A stretch of 23,706 nucleotides of DNA from a virus (lineage: Duplodnaviria > Heunggongvirae > Uroviricota > Caudoviricetes): IMG/VR virus record IMGVR_UViG_2579779009_000002; one strand, 5' to 3'. The position numbers and the translations under genes are program-made. Positions 16,908-23,706 of the stretch are shown here, in pieces. Numbering within the stretch: the first letter of the stretch is position 1; every line of letters starts with the position of its first letter. The notes beneath the pieces were generated by a model. The model searched no databases and was not told the origin of the DNA. It was given only the letters and a program-made list of their open reading frames with translations.

Positions 16908-17002
16908 CAGAACGTGCCCCCGCGCACGGGCGGCACGGGGTGGCGAAAGGCACTGCCACATCAAAACCCCGTCCACCGCCCTCTATTTCAGGAGAAAGCA
17001 GC

Positions 17003-17467
17003 ATGAAGTTTGTTGCGCCAGAACAGGCACCGGAACAGGCGGAAATCATCAGAAACACGCCGTTCTGGCCTGATGTGGACCTGTCGGAGTTTCGCAGTGT
17101 CATGCGCACTGACGGCACGGTGACGCAGCCGCGTTTAAAGCAGGTTGCGCTGTCGGCAATTTCGGAGGTCAACGCAGAGCTGTATGAGTTTCGCAGACGC
17201 CAGCAGATGCTGGGATATGCCTCGCTGGCAGAGGTTCCGGCGGAGCAGCTGGACGGCAAAAGTGAGCGCATTCAGCACTATTTCAACGCGGTTTACTGCT
17301 GGGCACGCGCCATGCTCAACGAACGATACCAGGACTATGACGCCACGGCATCCGGTGTGAAGCGAGGCGAAGAACTGGCAGAAGCCAGCGGTGATTTGTG
17401 GCGTGACGCCCGCTGGGCCATCAGCCGGGTGCAGGATGCGCCGCACTGCACAGTGGAGCTTATCTGA
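17003..17467 (+). CDS. L: Head completion / stabilisation protein (P2 gpL family)
   Basis: ATG at 17003 with GGAGAAAG upstream (the ORF track extends to 16940); about 154 aa; stop overlaps the X start (TGATG). Confidence 0.8.
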   Translation: MKFVAPEQAPEQAEIIRNTPFWPDVDLSEFRSVMRTDGTVTQPRLKQVALSAISEVNAELYEFRRRQQMLGYASLAEVPAEQLDGKSERIQHYFNAVYCWARAMLNERYQDYDATASGVKRGEELAEASGDLWRDARWAISRVQDAPHCTVELI

Positions 17468-17670
17468 TGAAAGTGCGTGCGCATCAGTATGACACGGTGG
17501 ACGCGCTTTGCTGGCGTCATTACGGGCGCACGCAGGGTGTCACGGAGCAGGTACTGAAGGCAAATCCGGGGCTTGCCGAATACGGCCCCTTTTTACCTCA
17601 CGGGCTGCAGGTGGAGCTGCCGGACATTCCGACCACCACCACCGTGCAGACCGTCCAGCTATGGGACTGA
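17467..17670 (+). CDS. X: Tail protein X (P2 gpX family, LysM-like)
   Basis: 67 aa, the same length and position as P2 gpX. Confidence 0.8.
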   Translation: MKVRAHQYDTVDALCWRHYGRTQGVTEQVLKANPGLAEYGPFLPHGLQVELPDIPTTTTVQTVQLWD

Positions 17671-17673
17671 ATT

Positions 17674-17889
17674 ATGACGCTTGAGCGAATCAGCGCCTTT
17701 ATCACGTATTGCATCGCCGTCGTGCTGGCCTGGCTGGGCGATTTGTCCATCAAGGATGCCTCAACGCTGGGCGGCCTGATGATTGGTGTGCTGATGCTGG
17801 CTATCAACTGGTACTACAAACACAAAGCCTACCAGCTTCTGCGCGACGGGCAGATCTCGCGGGAGGACTATGAATCCATCAATCGTTAA
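17674..17889 (+). CDS. Y: Holin, probably pinholin-type (71 aa, two TM segments)
   Basis: Two hydrophobic segments (ISAFITYCIAVVLAWLG and LGGLMIGVLMLAINWYY) and a charged C-terminus; immediately upstream of, and overlapping, a SAR-endolysin gene. Confidence 0.65.
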   Translation: MTLERISAFITYCIAVVLAWLGDLSIKDASTLGGLMIGVLMLAINWYYKHKAYQLLRDGQISREDYESINR

Positions 17890-18382
17890 ACGCTGCCTTG
17901 TCGGGGCCGTGCTGGCTATTGCTGCCACGCTGCCGGGTTTTCAGCAGCTTCACACCTCCGTGGAGGGGCTGAAACTGATTGCCGATTACGAAGGTTGTCG
18001 TCTGCAGCCGTATCAGTGCAGCGCGGGTGTCTGGACCGACGGCATTGGTAATACGTCAGGCGTCATTCCCGGCAAAACCATTACGGAGCGACAGGCAGCA
18101 GAAGGGCTGATCTCCAACGTGCTGCGTGTCGAGCGGGCGCTGGAAAGGTGTGTGAAGCAACAGCCGCCGCAGAAGGTGTATGACGCTGCGGTGTCGTTTG
18201 CCTTCAACGTGGGAACGGGCAATGCCTGCAGTTCCACGCTGGTGAAATTACTCAATCAGCGGCGCTGGGCAGATGCGTGCCGACAGTTGCCGCGCTGGGT
18301 TTATGTGAAAGGTGTTTTTAATCAGGGACTGGATAACCGCCGTGCGCGGGAGATGGCCTGGTGTTTACAGGGAGCAAACTGA
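17870..18382 (+). CDS. K: SAR endolysin (T4-lysozyme-family muramidase with N-terminal signal-anchor-release domain)
   Basis: N-terminal weakly hydrophobic SAR-like segment CLVGAVLAIAATLPGF followed by catalytic E...D...T context (YEGCRLQPYQCSAGVWTDGIGNT), resembling P21 R / P1 Lyz-type SAR endolysins. Confidence 0.85.
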   Translation: MNPSIVKRCLVGAVLAIAATLPGFQQLHTSVEGLKLIADYEGCRLQPYQCSAGVWTDGIGNTSGVIPGKTITERQAAEGLISNVLRVERALERCVKQQPPQKVYDAAVSFAFNVGTGNACSSTLVKLLNQRRWADACRQLPRWVYVKGVFNQGLDNRRAREMAWCLQGAN

Positions 18383-18383
18383 A

Positions 18384-18761
18384 ATGAAAAAGAAATTAAT
18401 CAGCGGACTGTTTCTGATGTTATGGATGGCGCTGTTAATCGCAGCAATGGTGTATCCGCAGGGGATTTTTCCGGTACTGGCAGCGTCCGGCGTTTGGGTA
18501 GCCTGTTTGCTGACATGGGCGGTAATTCCGGTAGCACTGGCTGCGTTAATTAAGAACGGCCCGCTCTGGCAGGAGTTAAGGGCATCTTTGCTGAAGACAA
18601 TTACCCGAAAAGAAAACGTATTTATCAGTTGGGTGATGCGATTGCTGATTATCGTAAGTCTCGCCTGGACGGGGTGGGCCATTACCCTGGTCTTTTATCT
18701 GCTGACCGTTATTGCCTTCTGGATCACCCGTAATCAGATGGCGCAACAGGTAGCAGCATGA
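18384..18761 (+). CDS. lysA: LysA-like membrane protein (lysis timing accessory, several TM segments)
   Basis: ATG at 18384 with GGAG upstream; about 125 aa, strongly hydrophobic; position matches P2 lysA. Confidence 0.65.
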   Translation: MKKKLISGLFLMLWMALLIAAMVYPQGIFPVLAASGVWVACLLTWAVIPVALAALIKNGPLWQELRASLLKTITRKENVFISWVMRLLIIVSLAWTGWAITLVFYLLTVIAFWITRNQMAQQVAA

Positions 18762-19186
18762 ACCGGTTGCTGCTGGTTGTGCTGGCGTTATTACTGGCGT
18801 CGCTGGGCTGGCAGACGTGGCGGCTGGCTGATGCCAGCCAGACCATCAGCACGCAGGCAGACGAGCTGCGTAGCAAAAGTCAGGCACTGGCAAAGAGCAA
18901 CAGCCAGCTTATCAGCCTGTCCATTCTGACTGAAACCAATAACCGGGAGCAGGCGCGGCTCTATGCCGAAGCAGAACAGACCAGCGCGCTGCTGAGACAA
19001 CGACAACATCGGATTGAGGAACTGAAACGTGAGAACGAGGATTTACGCCGCTGGGCTAATACTCCTTTGCCTGCTGACATTATCCGGCTGCGGGAACGTC
19101 CGGCACTCACCGGAGGTGCAGCTTACCGTCAGTGGTTGTCCGCGAGTGACGCCGTGTCAGCTGGATCAGGCAGCGCCACACAATAA
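18758..19186 (+). CDS. lysB: LysB, i-spanin (Rz-like inner-membrane spanin subunit)
   Basis: N-terminal TM anchor LLLVVLALLLASLGW, then a coiled-coil-like periplasmic region; start overlaps the lysA stop (ATGA). Confidence 0.7.
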   Translation: MNRLLLVVLALLLASLGWQTWRLADASQTISTQADELRSKSQALAKSNSQLISLSILTETNNREQARLYAEAEQTSALLRQRQHRIEELKRENEDLRRWANTPLPADIIRLRERPALTGGAAYRQWLSASDAVSAGSGSATQ

Positions 19187-19319
19187 CGGTGATCTGAACG
19201 CATTACTGGATGAAACGGAGGCCGCCTGGGCGGTCTGTGCAGACAAAGTGGACATGATTATTGCGTGTCAGGAGCGAAACAGTGAACAAACCACGATCCC
19301 TGCGCCACGCCCTCAATAA
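19029..19319 (+). CDS. lysC: LysC, o-spanin (Rz1-like outer-membrane lipoprotein) embedded in and extending beyond lysB in another frame
   Basis: Lipobox LTLSGC after a hydrophobic signal, proline-rich mature part; lies in the +1 frame relative to lysB; start codon uncertain (GTG at 19029). Confidence 0.55.
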   Translation: MRTRIYAAGLILLCLLTLSGCGNVRHSPEVQLTVSGCPRVTPCQLDQAAPHNNGDLNALLDETEAAWAVCADKVDMIIACQERNSEQTTIPAPRPQ

Positions 19320-19713
19320 AGCAGTGCCTTATGTCCGTAATAACCCGGACAAACTGCATCTGTTTGTGGATAACGGTTCGCTGGTTGCCACCGGGGCCAG
19401 CTCCATGTCATGGGAGTACCGCTACACCCTGAACGTGGTGATTGAAGATTTCAGCGGCGACCAGAATCTGCTGATGGCCCCGGTTTTGCTGTGGCTGCGG
19501 GATAACCAGCCTGATGCCATCAATAACCCGACGTTACGGGAAAAGCTATTCACCTTTGAGGTGGATATTCTGCGCAACGATGTCTGTGATATCAGCCTGA
19601 ACCTGCAGCTGACGGAGCGTGTGCTGGTCAGCACTGACGGCAGTGTGTCGAGCGTTGAAGCTGTAGCGGAACCCGATGAACCTGAAGAAATGTGGACGGT
19701 GAAACGTGGCTGA
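19282..19713 (+). CDS. R: Tail completion protein R (P2 gpR family)
   Basis: GTG at 19282 with AGGAG 7 nt upstream; product (M)NKPRSLRHALNKAV...HLFVDNGSLVA...RYTLNVVIEDFSGD parallels P2 gpR as recalled. Confidence 0.8.
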   Translation: MNKPRSLRHALNKAVPYVRNNPDKLHLFVDNGSLVATGASSMSWEYRYTLNVVIEDFSGDQNLLMAPVLLWLRDNQPDAINNPTLREKLFTFEVDILRNDVCDISLNLQLTERVLVSTDGSVSSVEAVAEPDEPEEMWTVKRG

Positions 19714-20152
19714 ACTGCAGAAGGTGGACGACTGGCTGAGTGCTTTGCTGGCGAATCTGGAACCAGCCGCAAGAAGCCGAATGATGCGCCAGCTGGCGCA
19801 GGAACTGCGCCGGACACAGCAGCAGAATATCAGGATGCAGCGCAATCCAGATGGCAGCAGTTATGAACCGCGCAGGGTAACAGCACGCAGTAAAAAAGGC
19901 CGTATCAAACGGCAGATGTTTGCAAAGCTGCGCACCACAAAATACCTGAAAACTTCCGCCAGCGCCGACTCTGCCAGCGTACAGTTTGAAGGCAAGGTGC
20001 AGCGTATTGCCCGTGTTCACCATTACGGCCTGCGTGATCGCGTCAGTCGCAAAGGACCGGAGGTCCGTTACGCAGAGCGCCGCCTGCTGGGTGTAAATGA
20101 TGATGTTGAGGCAATGACCCGCGACATGATTCTGCAATGGCTGGCGGGGTGA
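19706..20152 (+). CDS. S: Tail completion protein S (P2 gpS family)
   Basis: 148-aa ORF overlapping the R stop; GTG start; position matches P2 S. Confidence 0.75.
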   Translation: MAELQKVDDWLSALLANLEPAARSRMMRQLAQELRRTQQQNIRMQRNPDGSSYEPRRVTARSKKGRIKRQMFAKLRTTKYLKTSASADSASVQFEGKVQRIARVHHYGLRDRVSRKGPEVRYAERRLLGVNDDVEAMTRDMILQWLAG

Positions 20153-20155
20153 TCT

Positions 20156-20175
20156 TTGTATCAGCACTGATACAA
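20156..20175. promoter_or_regulatory. Perfect palindrome TTGTATCAG-CA-CTGATACAA (TTGT-N12-ACAA) upstream of V: late-promoter activator site candidate, or a hairpin
   Basis: Seen directly; same TTGT-N12-ACAA spacing as the dyad in the P/O region; centre is 55 bp upstream of the V ATG. Confidence 0.5.
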
Positions 20176-20220
20176 GTTGCAGCACTGCCGCCTTTCTTCC
20201 CCTGATGGCAACCTTTCCCT

Positions 20221-20799
20221 ATGAACGCACAATTAACCGAAATCATGCGCCTTATCACCAATCTGATCCGCACAGGTGTAGTCACCGAAGTGGACCGGGA
20301 AAACTGGCTTTGTCGGGTGAAAACGGGCGACCTTGAAACCAACTGGATTAACTGGCTGACGCTGCGCGCGGGTGATGCCCGCACATGGTGGAAACCATCG
20401 GAAGGTGAGCAGGTGGTGCTGCTGAGTCTGGGCGGCAATCTGGAAACCGCGTTTGCGCTGCCCGCCATCTATTCGAATCAGTTCGCACCACCGTCAACGT
20501 CGGCGGACGCCTGCGTGACAGAACATCCTGACGGTGGCTGGTTTGAATACGAACCCGCCACTGGGCGCTGGTATGTCAGGGGAATCAAATCAATGGTCAT
20601 TGAGGCCGCTGACAACATCACCATGAAAACCAGTGAGTTTGTACTGGAGGCTGACCGCACGCGCATTAACAGCGAAGTGGTGATCAATGGTGGCGTTACC
20701 CAGGGCGGCGGAGCGATGAGTTCTAACGGGATCGTGGTTGATGCGCATCAGCATACTGGCGTCCTGAAAGGCGGCGATACAACCGGAGGCCCGGTATGA
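20221..20799 (+). CDS. V: Baseplate spike / assembly protein V (P2 gpV family)
   Basis: 192 aa; internal blocks TWWKPSEGEQVVLLSLGGNLETAFALPAIYS and SSNGIVVDAHQHTG parallel P2 gpV as recalled; no obvious SD before the ATG. Confidence 0.85.
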   Translation: MNAQLTEIMRLITNLIRTGVVTEVDRENWLCRVKTGDLETNWINWLTLRAGDARTWWKPSEGEQVVLLSLGGNLETAFALPAIYSNQFAPPSTSADACVTEHPDGGWFEYEPATGRWYVRGIKSMVIEAADNITMKTSEFVLEADRTRINSEVVINGGVTQGGGAMSSNGIVVDAHQHTGVLKGGDTTGGPV

Positions 20800-21155
20800 C
20801 GCTTTATAGCGGGATGAACAATACCAGCGGCAAAGTCATTAATGATATTGACCATCTGCGCCAGTCGGTGCGGGACATTTTGCTGACGCCGCAGGGTAGC
20901 CGCATTGCCCGTCGGGAATATGGTTCCCTGCTGTCGGCACTGATAGACCAGCCACAAAATCCGGCATTACGCCTGCAGGTCATGTCGGCAGTGTATGTGG
21001 CGCTGAGTCGCTGGGAGCCACGGCTGACGCTAGATTCCATCACCATTAACAGCAATTTTGACGGTTCAATGGTGGTGGGGCTGACCGGGCGGCGTAATAA
21101 CGGTGTGCCTGTTTCCCTTTCCGTATCAACAGGAGCAGAGAATGGCAGTGATTGA
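20796..21155 (+). CDS. W: Baseplate protein W (P2 gpW, gp25-like)
   Basis: 119 aa; GGAGG upstream; overlaps the V stop. Confidence 0.85.
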   Translation: MTLYSGMNNTSGKVINDIDHLRQSVRDILLTPQGSRIARREYGSLLSALIDQPQNPALRLQVMSAVYVALSRWEPRLTLDSITINSNFDGSMVVGLTGRRNNGVPVSLSVSTGAENGSD

Positions 21156-22050
21156 CCTTTCGCAGTTGCCTGCGCCGCAGATTGTCGATGTGCCGGACTT
21201 TGAGACGCTGCTTGCCGAACGCAAGGCCGAATTTGTTGCGCTTCATCCGAAAGATGAGCAGGAAGCCGTGATCCGCACGCTGGAACTGGAATCTGAACCC
21301 GTCACCAAATTGCTGCAGGAGAACGCTTACCGTGAGTTGCTTCTGCGCCAGCGCATTAACGAAGCCGCGCAGGCGGTGATGGTGGCTTACGCGATGGGCG
21401 GCGATCTTGACCAGCTCGCTGCCAACTACAACGTGAAACGCCTGACGGTGACGCCTGCTGATAATGACGCTGTGCCACCCGTTGCGGCTGTGATGGAAAG
21501 CGATGAAGCGTTACGCCTGCGTGTGCCCGCAGCCTTTGAAGGGCTTTCTGTTGCGGGGCCAACTGCCGCTTATGAATTTCATGCCCGAAGCGCCGACGGT
21601 CGGGTGGCGGATGCCAGTGCAACCAGTCCGGCACCTGCAGAGGTGGTGCTGACTGTCCTTAGCCGCGAAGGCGATGGAACTGCAGAAAAAGACCTGCTGG
21701 ACGTGGTGGAAAAAGCTCTGAACAGTGAGAACGTCCGCCCGGTGGCTGACCGTCTTACGGTTCGCAGCGCAGAAATCATCCCGTACCGTGTGGAAGCCAC
21801 CATTTTTCTTTATCCGGGACCGGAAGCAGAGCCGGTAATGGCAGCGGCAAAAGTCAGTCTGCAGAGGTACATCGCCAGTCAGACGCGGCTCGGTCGGGAT
21901 ATTCGCCGTAGTGCTATTTTTGCCGCGCTGCATGTTGAGGGTGTTCAACGTGTGGAACTGGCTTCTCCGCTGGCGGATGTGGTTCTGAACAAAACGCAGG
22001 CGGCATCATGTACGCAGTGGAGCGTGACCAACGGAGGAACGGATGAATAG
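21142..22050 (+). CDS. J: Baseplate wedge protein J (P2 gpJ family)
   Basis: ATG at 21142 with AGGAG 6 nt upstream; about 302 aa, the length of P2 gpJ. Confidence 0.85.
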   Translation: MAVIDLSQLPAPQIVDVPDFETLLAERKAEFVALHPKDEQEAVIRTLELESEPVTKLLQENAYRELLLRQRINEAAQAVMVAYAMGGDLDQLAANYNVKRLTVTPADNDAVPPVAAVMESDEALRLRVPAAFEGLSVAGPTAAYEFHARSADGRVADASATSPAPAEVVLTVLSREGDGTAEKDLLDVVEKALNSENVRPVADRLTVRSAEIIPYRVEATIFLYPGPEAEPVMAAAKVSLQRYIASQTRLGRDIRRSAIFAALHVEGVQRVELASPLADVVLNKTQAASCTQWSVTNGGTDE

Positions 22051-22648
22051 TCTGCTGCCACCGGGTTCAACTTCACTGGAGCGACGACTGGCGCAAACCT
22101 GCAGCGGGATTTCTGATCTGCAAGTGCCGCTGCGTGACTTGTGGAATCCGGCAACCTGTCCGGTCAGTTTCCTGCCTTATCTCGCCTGGGCGTTCTCTGT
22201 GGATCGCTGGGACGAGGGCTGGACAGAAAGCGTCAAGCGCCAGGTGGTGAAGGATGCTTTTTATATTCATCAGCATAAAGGGACCACCAGTGCCGTGCGG
22301 CGGGTGGTGGAGCCGTTCGGCTTTCTGATCCGCATTATTGAGTGGTGGCAGACCGGAGAAACACCGGGCACGTTTCGCCTGGATATCGGCGTGCAGGACC
22401 AGGGTATCACTGAAGATACCTATCTGGAACTTGAGCGACTGATAAGCGATGCCAAACCATGTAGCCGTCACATGATCGGCATGTCCATCAACCTGCAGAC
22501 CAGCGGCCCGCATTGGGTGGGAGTCGCCAGCTATCTTGGCGAAGAAATCACGATCTATCCGTATATCAACGAAACGATTATTTCCGGTGGCACCGCGCAT
22601 GAAGGCGGGGCGGTCCATGTTATTGACACAATGAGAGTGAATCCATGA
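22043..22648 (+). CDS. I: Baseplate protein I (P2 gpI family)
   Basis: 201 aa; GGAGG upstream; start overlaps the J stop and stop overlaps the H start. Confidence 0.85.
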   Translation: MNSLLPPGSTSLERRLAQTCSGISDLQVPLRDLWNPATCPVSFLPYLAWAFSVDRWDEGWTESVKRQVVKDAFYIHQHKGTTSAVRRVVEPFGFLIRIIEWWQTGETPGTFRLDIGVQDQGITEDTYLELERLISDAKPCSRHMIGMSINLQTSGPHWVGVASYLGEEITIYPYINETIISGGTAHEGGAVHVIDTMRVNP

Positions 22649-23706
22649 GCACAAAATTTTATACCCTGCTGACGGATATTGGCGCGGCGAAACTTGCCAG
22701 CGCCGCCGCGCTCGGTGTGCCGTTAAAAATTACCCATATGGCGGTAGGCGATGGCGGCGGAACATTGCCAACGCCGGACGCAAAGCAGACAGCATTAGTA
22801 AATGAGAAACGCCGGGCTGCGCTGAATATGCTCTATATCGACCCGCAGAACAGCAGCCAGATTATTGCTGAACAGGTGATCCCTGAAAACGAGGGCGGTT
22901 GGTGGATACGTGAAGTGGGCCTGTTTGATGAGTCCGGGGCATTGATTGCCGTGGGCAACTGCCCGGAAAGCTATAAGCCGCAACTGGCTGAAGGCAGCGG
23001 GCGTACCCAGACCGTGCGTATGGTGTTGATTACCAGCAGCACGGACAATATCACCCTGAAAATCGACCCTGCCGTAGTGCTGGCAACCCGCAAGTATGTG
23101 GATGATAAGGTACTGGAGCTGAAGGTGTACGCGGATGATCAGATGGCAAAACATCTTGCCGCACCGGACCCGCATTCACAGTATGCTCAGAAAGAAAGTC
23201 CTACGTTTACCGGGACACCCAAAGCTCCAACGCCAGCGGCGGGGAATAATACCACGCAACTTGCGACCACCGCGTTTGTTCAGGCGGCACTGACGACCCT
23301 GATTAATGGTGCGCCAGCCACGCTGGATACGCTGAAAGAAATTGCCGCAGCCATAAACAATGACCCGAAATTCAGTACCACCATTAACAATGCGCTGGCA
23401 CTGAAAGCGCCGCTGTCGAGTCCGGCACTTACCGGAACGCCAACAGCCCCCACTGCGGCACAGTCGGTTAACAATACACAGATTGCCACCACGGCATTTG
23501 TGAAATCGGCGATTGCGGCAATGGTGGGTTCTGCACCTGCGGCACTGGATACACTGAATGAACTGGCGGCGGCGCTGGGGAATGACCCGAACTTTGCCAC
23601 GACAATGCTTAATGCGCTGGCAGGTAAACAACCGCTGGACAATACGCTGACTAATTTGAGTGGAAAGGATGTAGCTGGTCTTCTCACATACCTTGGTTTG
23701 GGAGAA
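22646..23706 (+). CDS. H: Tail fibre protein H, 5' partial (runs off the window end)
   Basis: ATG at 22646 (ATGA overlap with I); N-terminus MSTKFYTLLTDIGAAKLASAAALGVPLKITHMAVGDGGG typical of P2-type tail-fibre N-termini; open to the window end, which is why it is absent from the ORF track. Confidence 0.85.
23245..23650 (+). repeat. In-frame tandem duplication (about 75-aa unit) within tail fibre H
   Basis: Two copies of the block NNTQ(L/I)ATTAFV...AP(A)TLDTL(K/N)E(I/L)AAA..NDP(K/N)F.TT..NALA.K.PL seen in the translation. Confidence 0.5.

Noticed and set aside
16929-16953. Second cos-like sequence (GGCACGGGGTGGCGAAAGGCAC) between M and L
   Set aside because: Only a loose resemblance to the P2 cos 3' half and the wrong genomic position for cos; more likely part of an intergenic hairpin.
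19628-20185. 185-aa minus-strand ORF antisense to R/S
   Set aside because: Overlaps two supported tail genes on the opposite strand; Cys/His-rich translation typical of an antisense frame.
22073-22654. 193-aa minus-strand ORF antisense to baseplate gene I
   Set aside because: Shadow ORF; the plus-strand I gene has an SD and is coupled to J and H.
22795-23687. Several minus-strand ORFs (126, 151 and 135 aa) at the window end
   Set aside because: All are antisense to the tail fibre H reading frame, which is open from 22646 to the window end. The Arg/Cys-rich translations are artefacts of the GC-rich repeat region.
1-23706. CRISPR arrays, tRNA/rRNA genes, IS elements, retron reverse transcriptase
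   Set aside because: No regularly spaced direct repeats, no tRNA-like or rRNA-like segments, no transposase-like ORF or terminal inverted repeats, and no reverse-transcriptase motifs were seen in any substantial ORF.

Overview
This window is the left arm of an integrated P2/186-family temperate prophage (Enterobacteriaceae-type sequence), starting at the 3' end of the integrase gene. Reading left to right: integrase and CI-like repressor on the minus strand, with a small secreted Cys-rich peptide gene between them; a rightward early operon (Apl/Cox-like, a 186 CII-like protein, several small ORFs, a TraR/DksA-type zinc finger, Dam methyltransferase, rolling-circle replication protein A); a LexA-box-controlled antirepressor-like plus DinI-like operon; then an AT-rich accessory island (about 8.1-11.4 kb) in the replication-gene-to-portal position where P2-like phages carry anti-phage cargo. 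The island holds a translationally coupled pair (71-aa soluble protein plus 280-aa three-TM membrane protein), a candidate cos site, and a 565-aa protein I tentatively assign to the AIPR abortive-infection family. Downstream are the late genes in P2 order: portal Q and terminase P (minus), then O, N, M, L, X, pinholin, SAR-endolysin, LysA/B/C, R, S, V, W, J, I and the 5' part of tail fibre H. The island is the best candidate for an undescribed system. All calls rest on reading the ORF translations and nearby sequence; no database search was run, and family resemblances are from memory.
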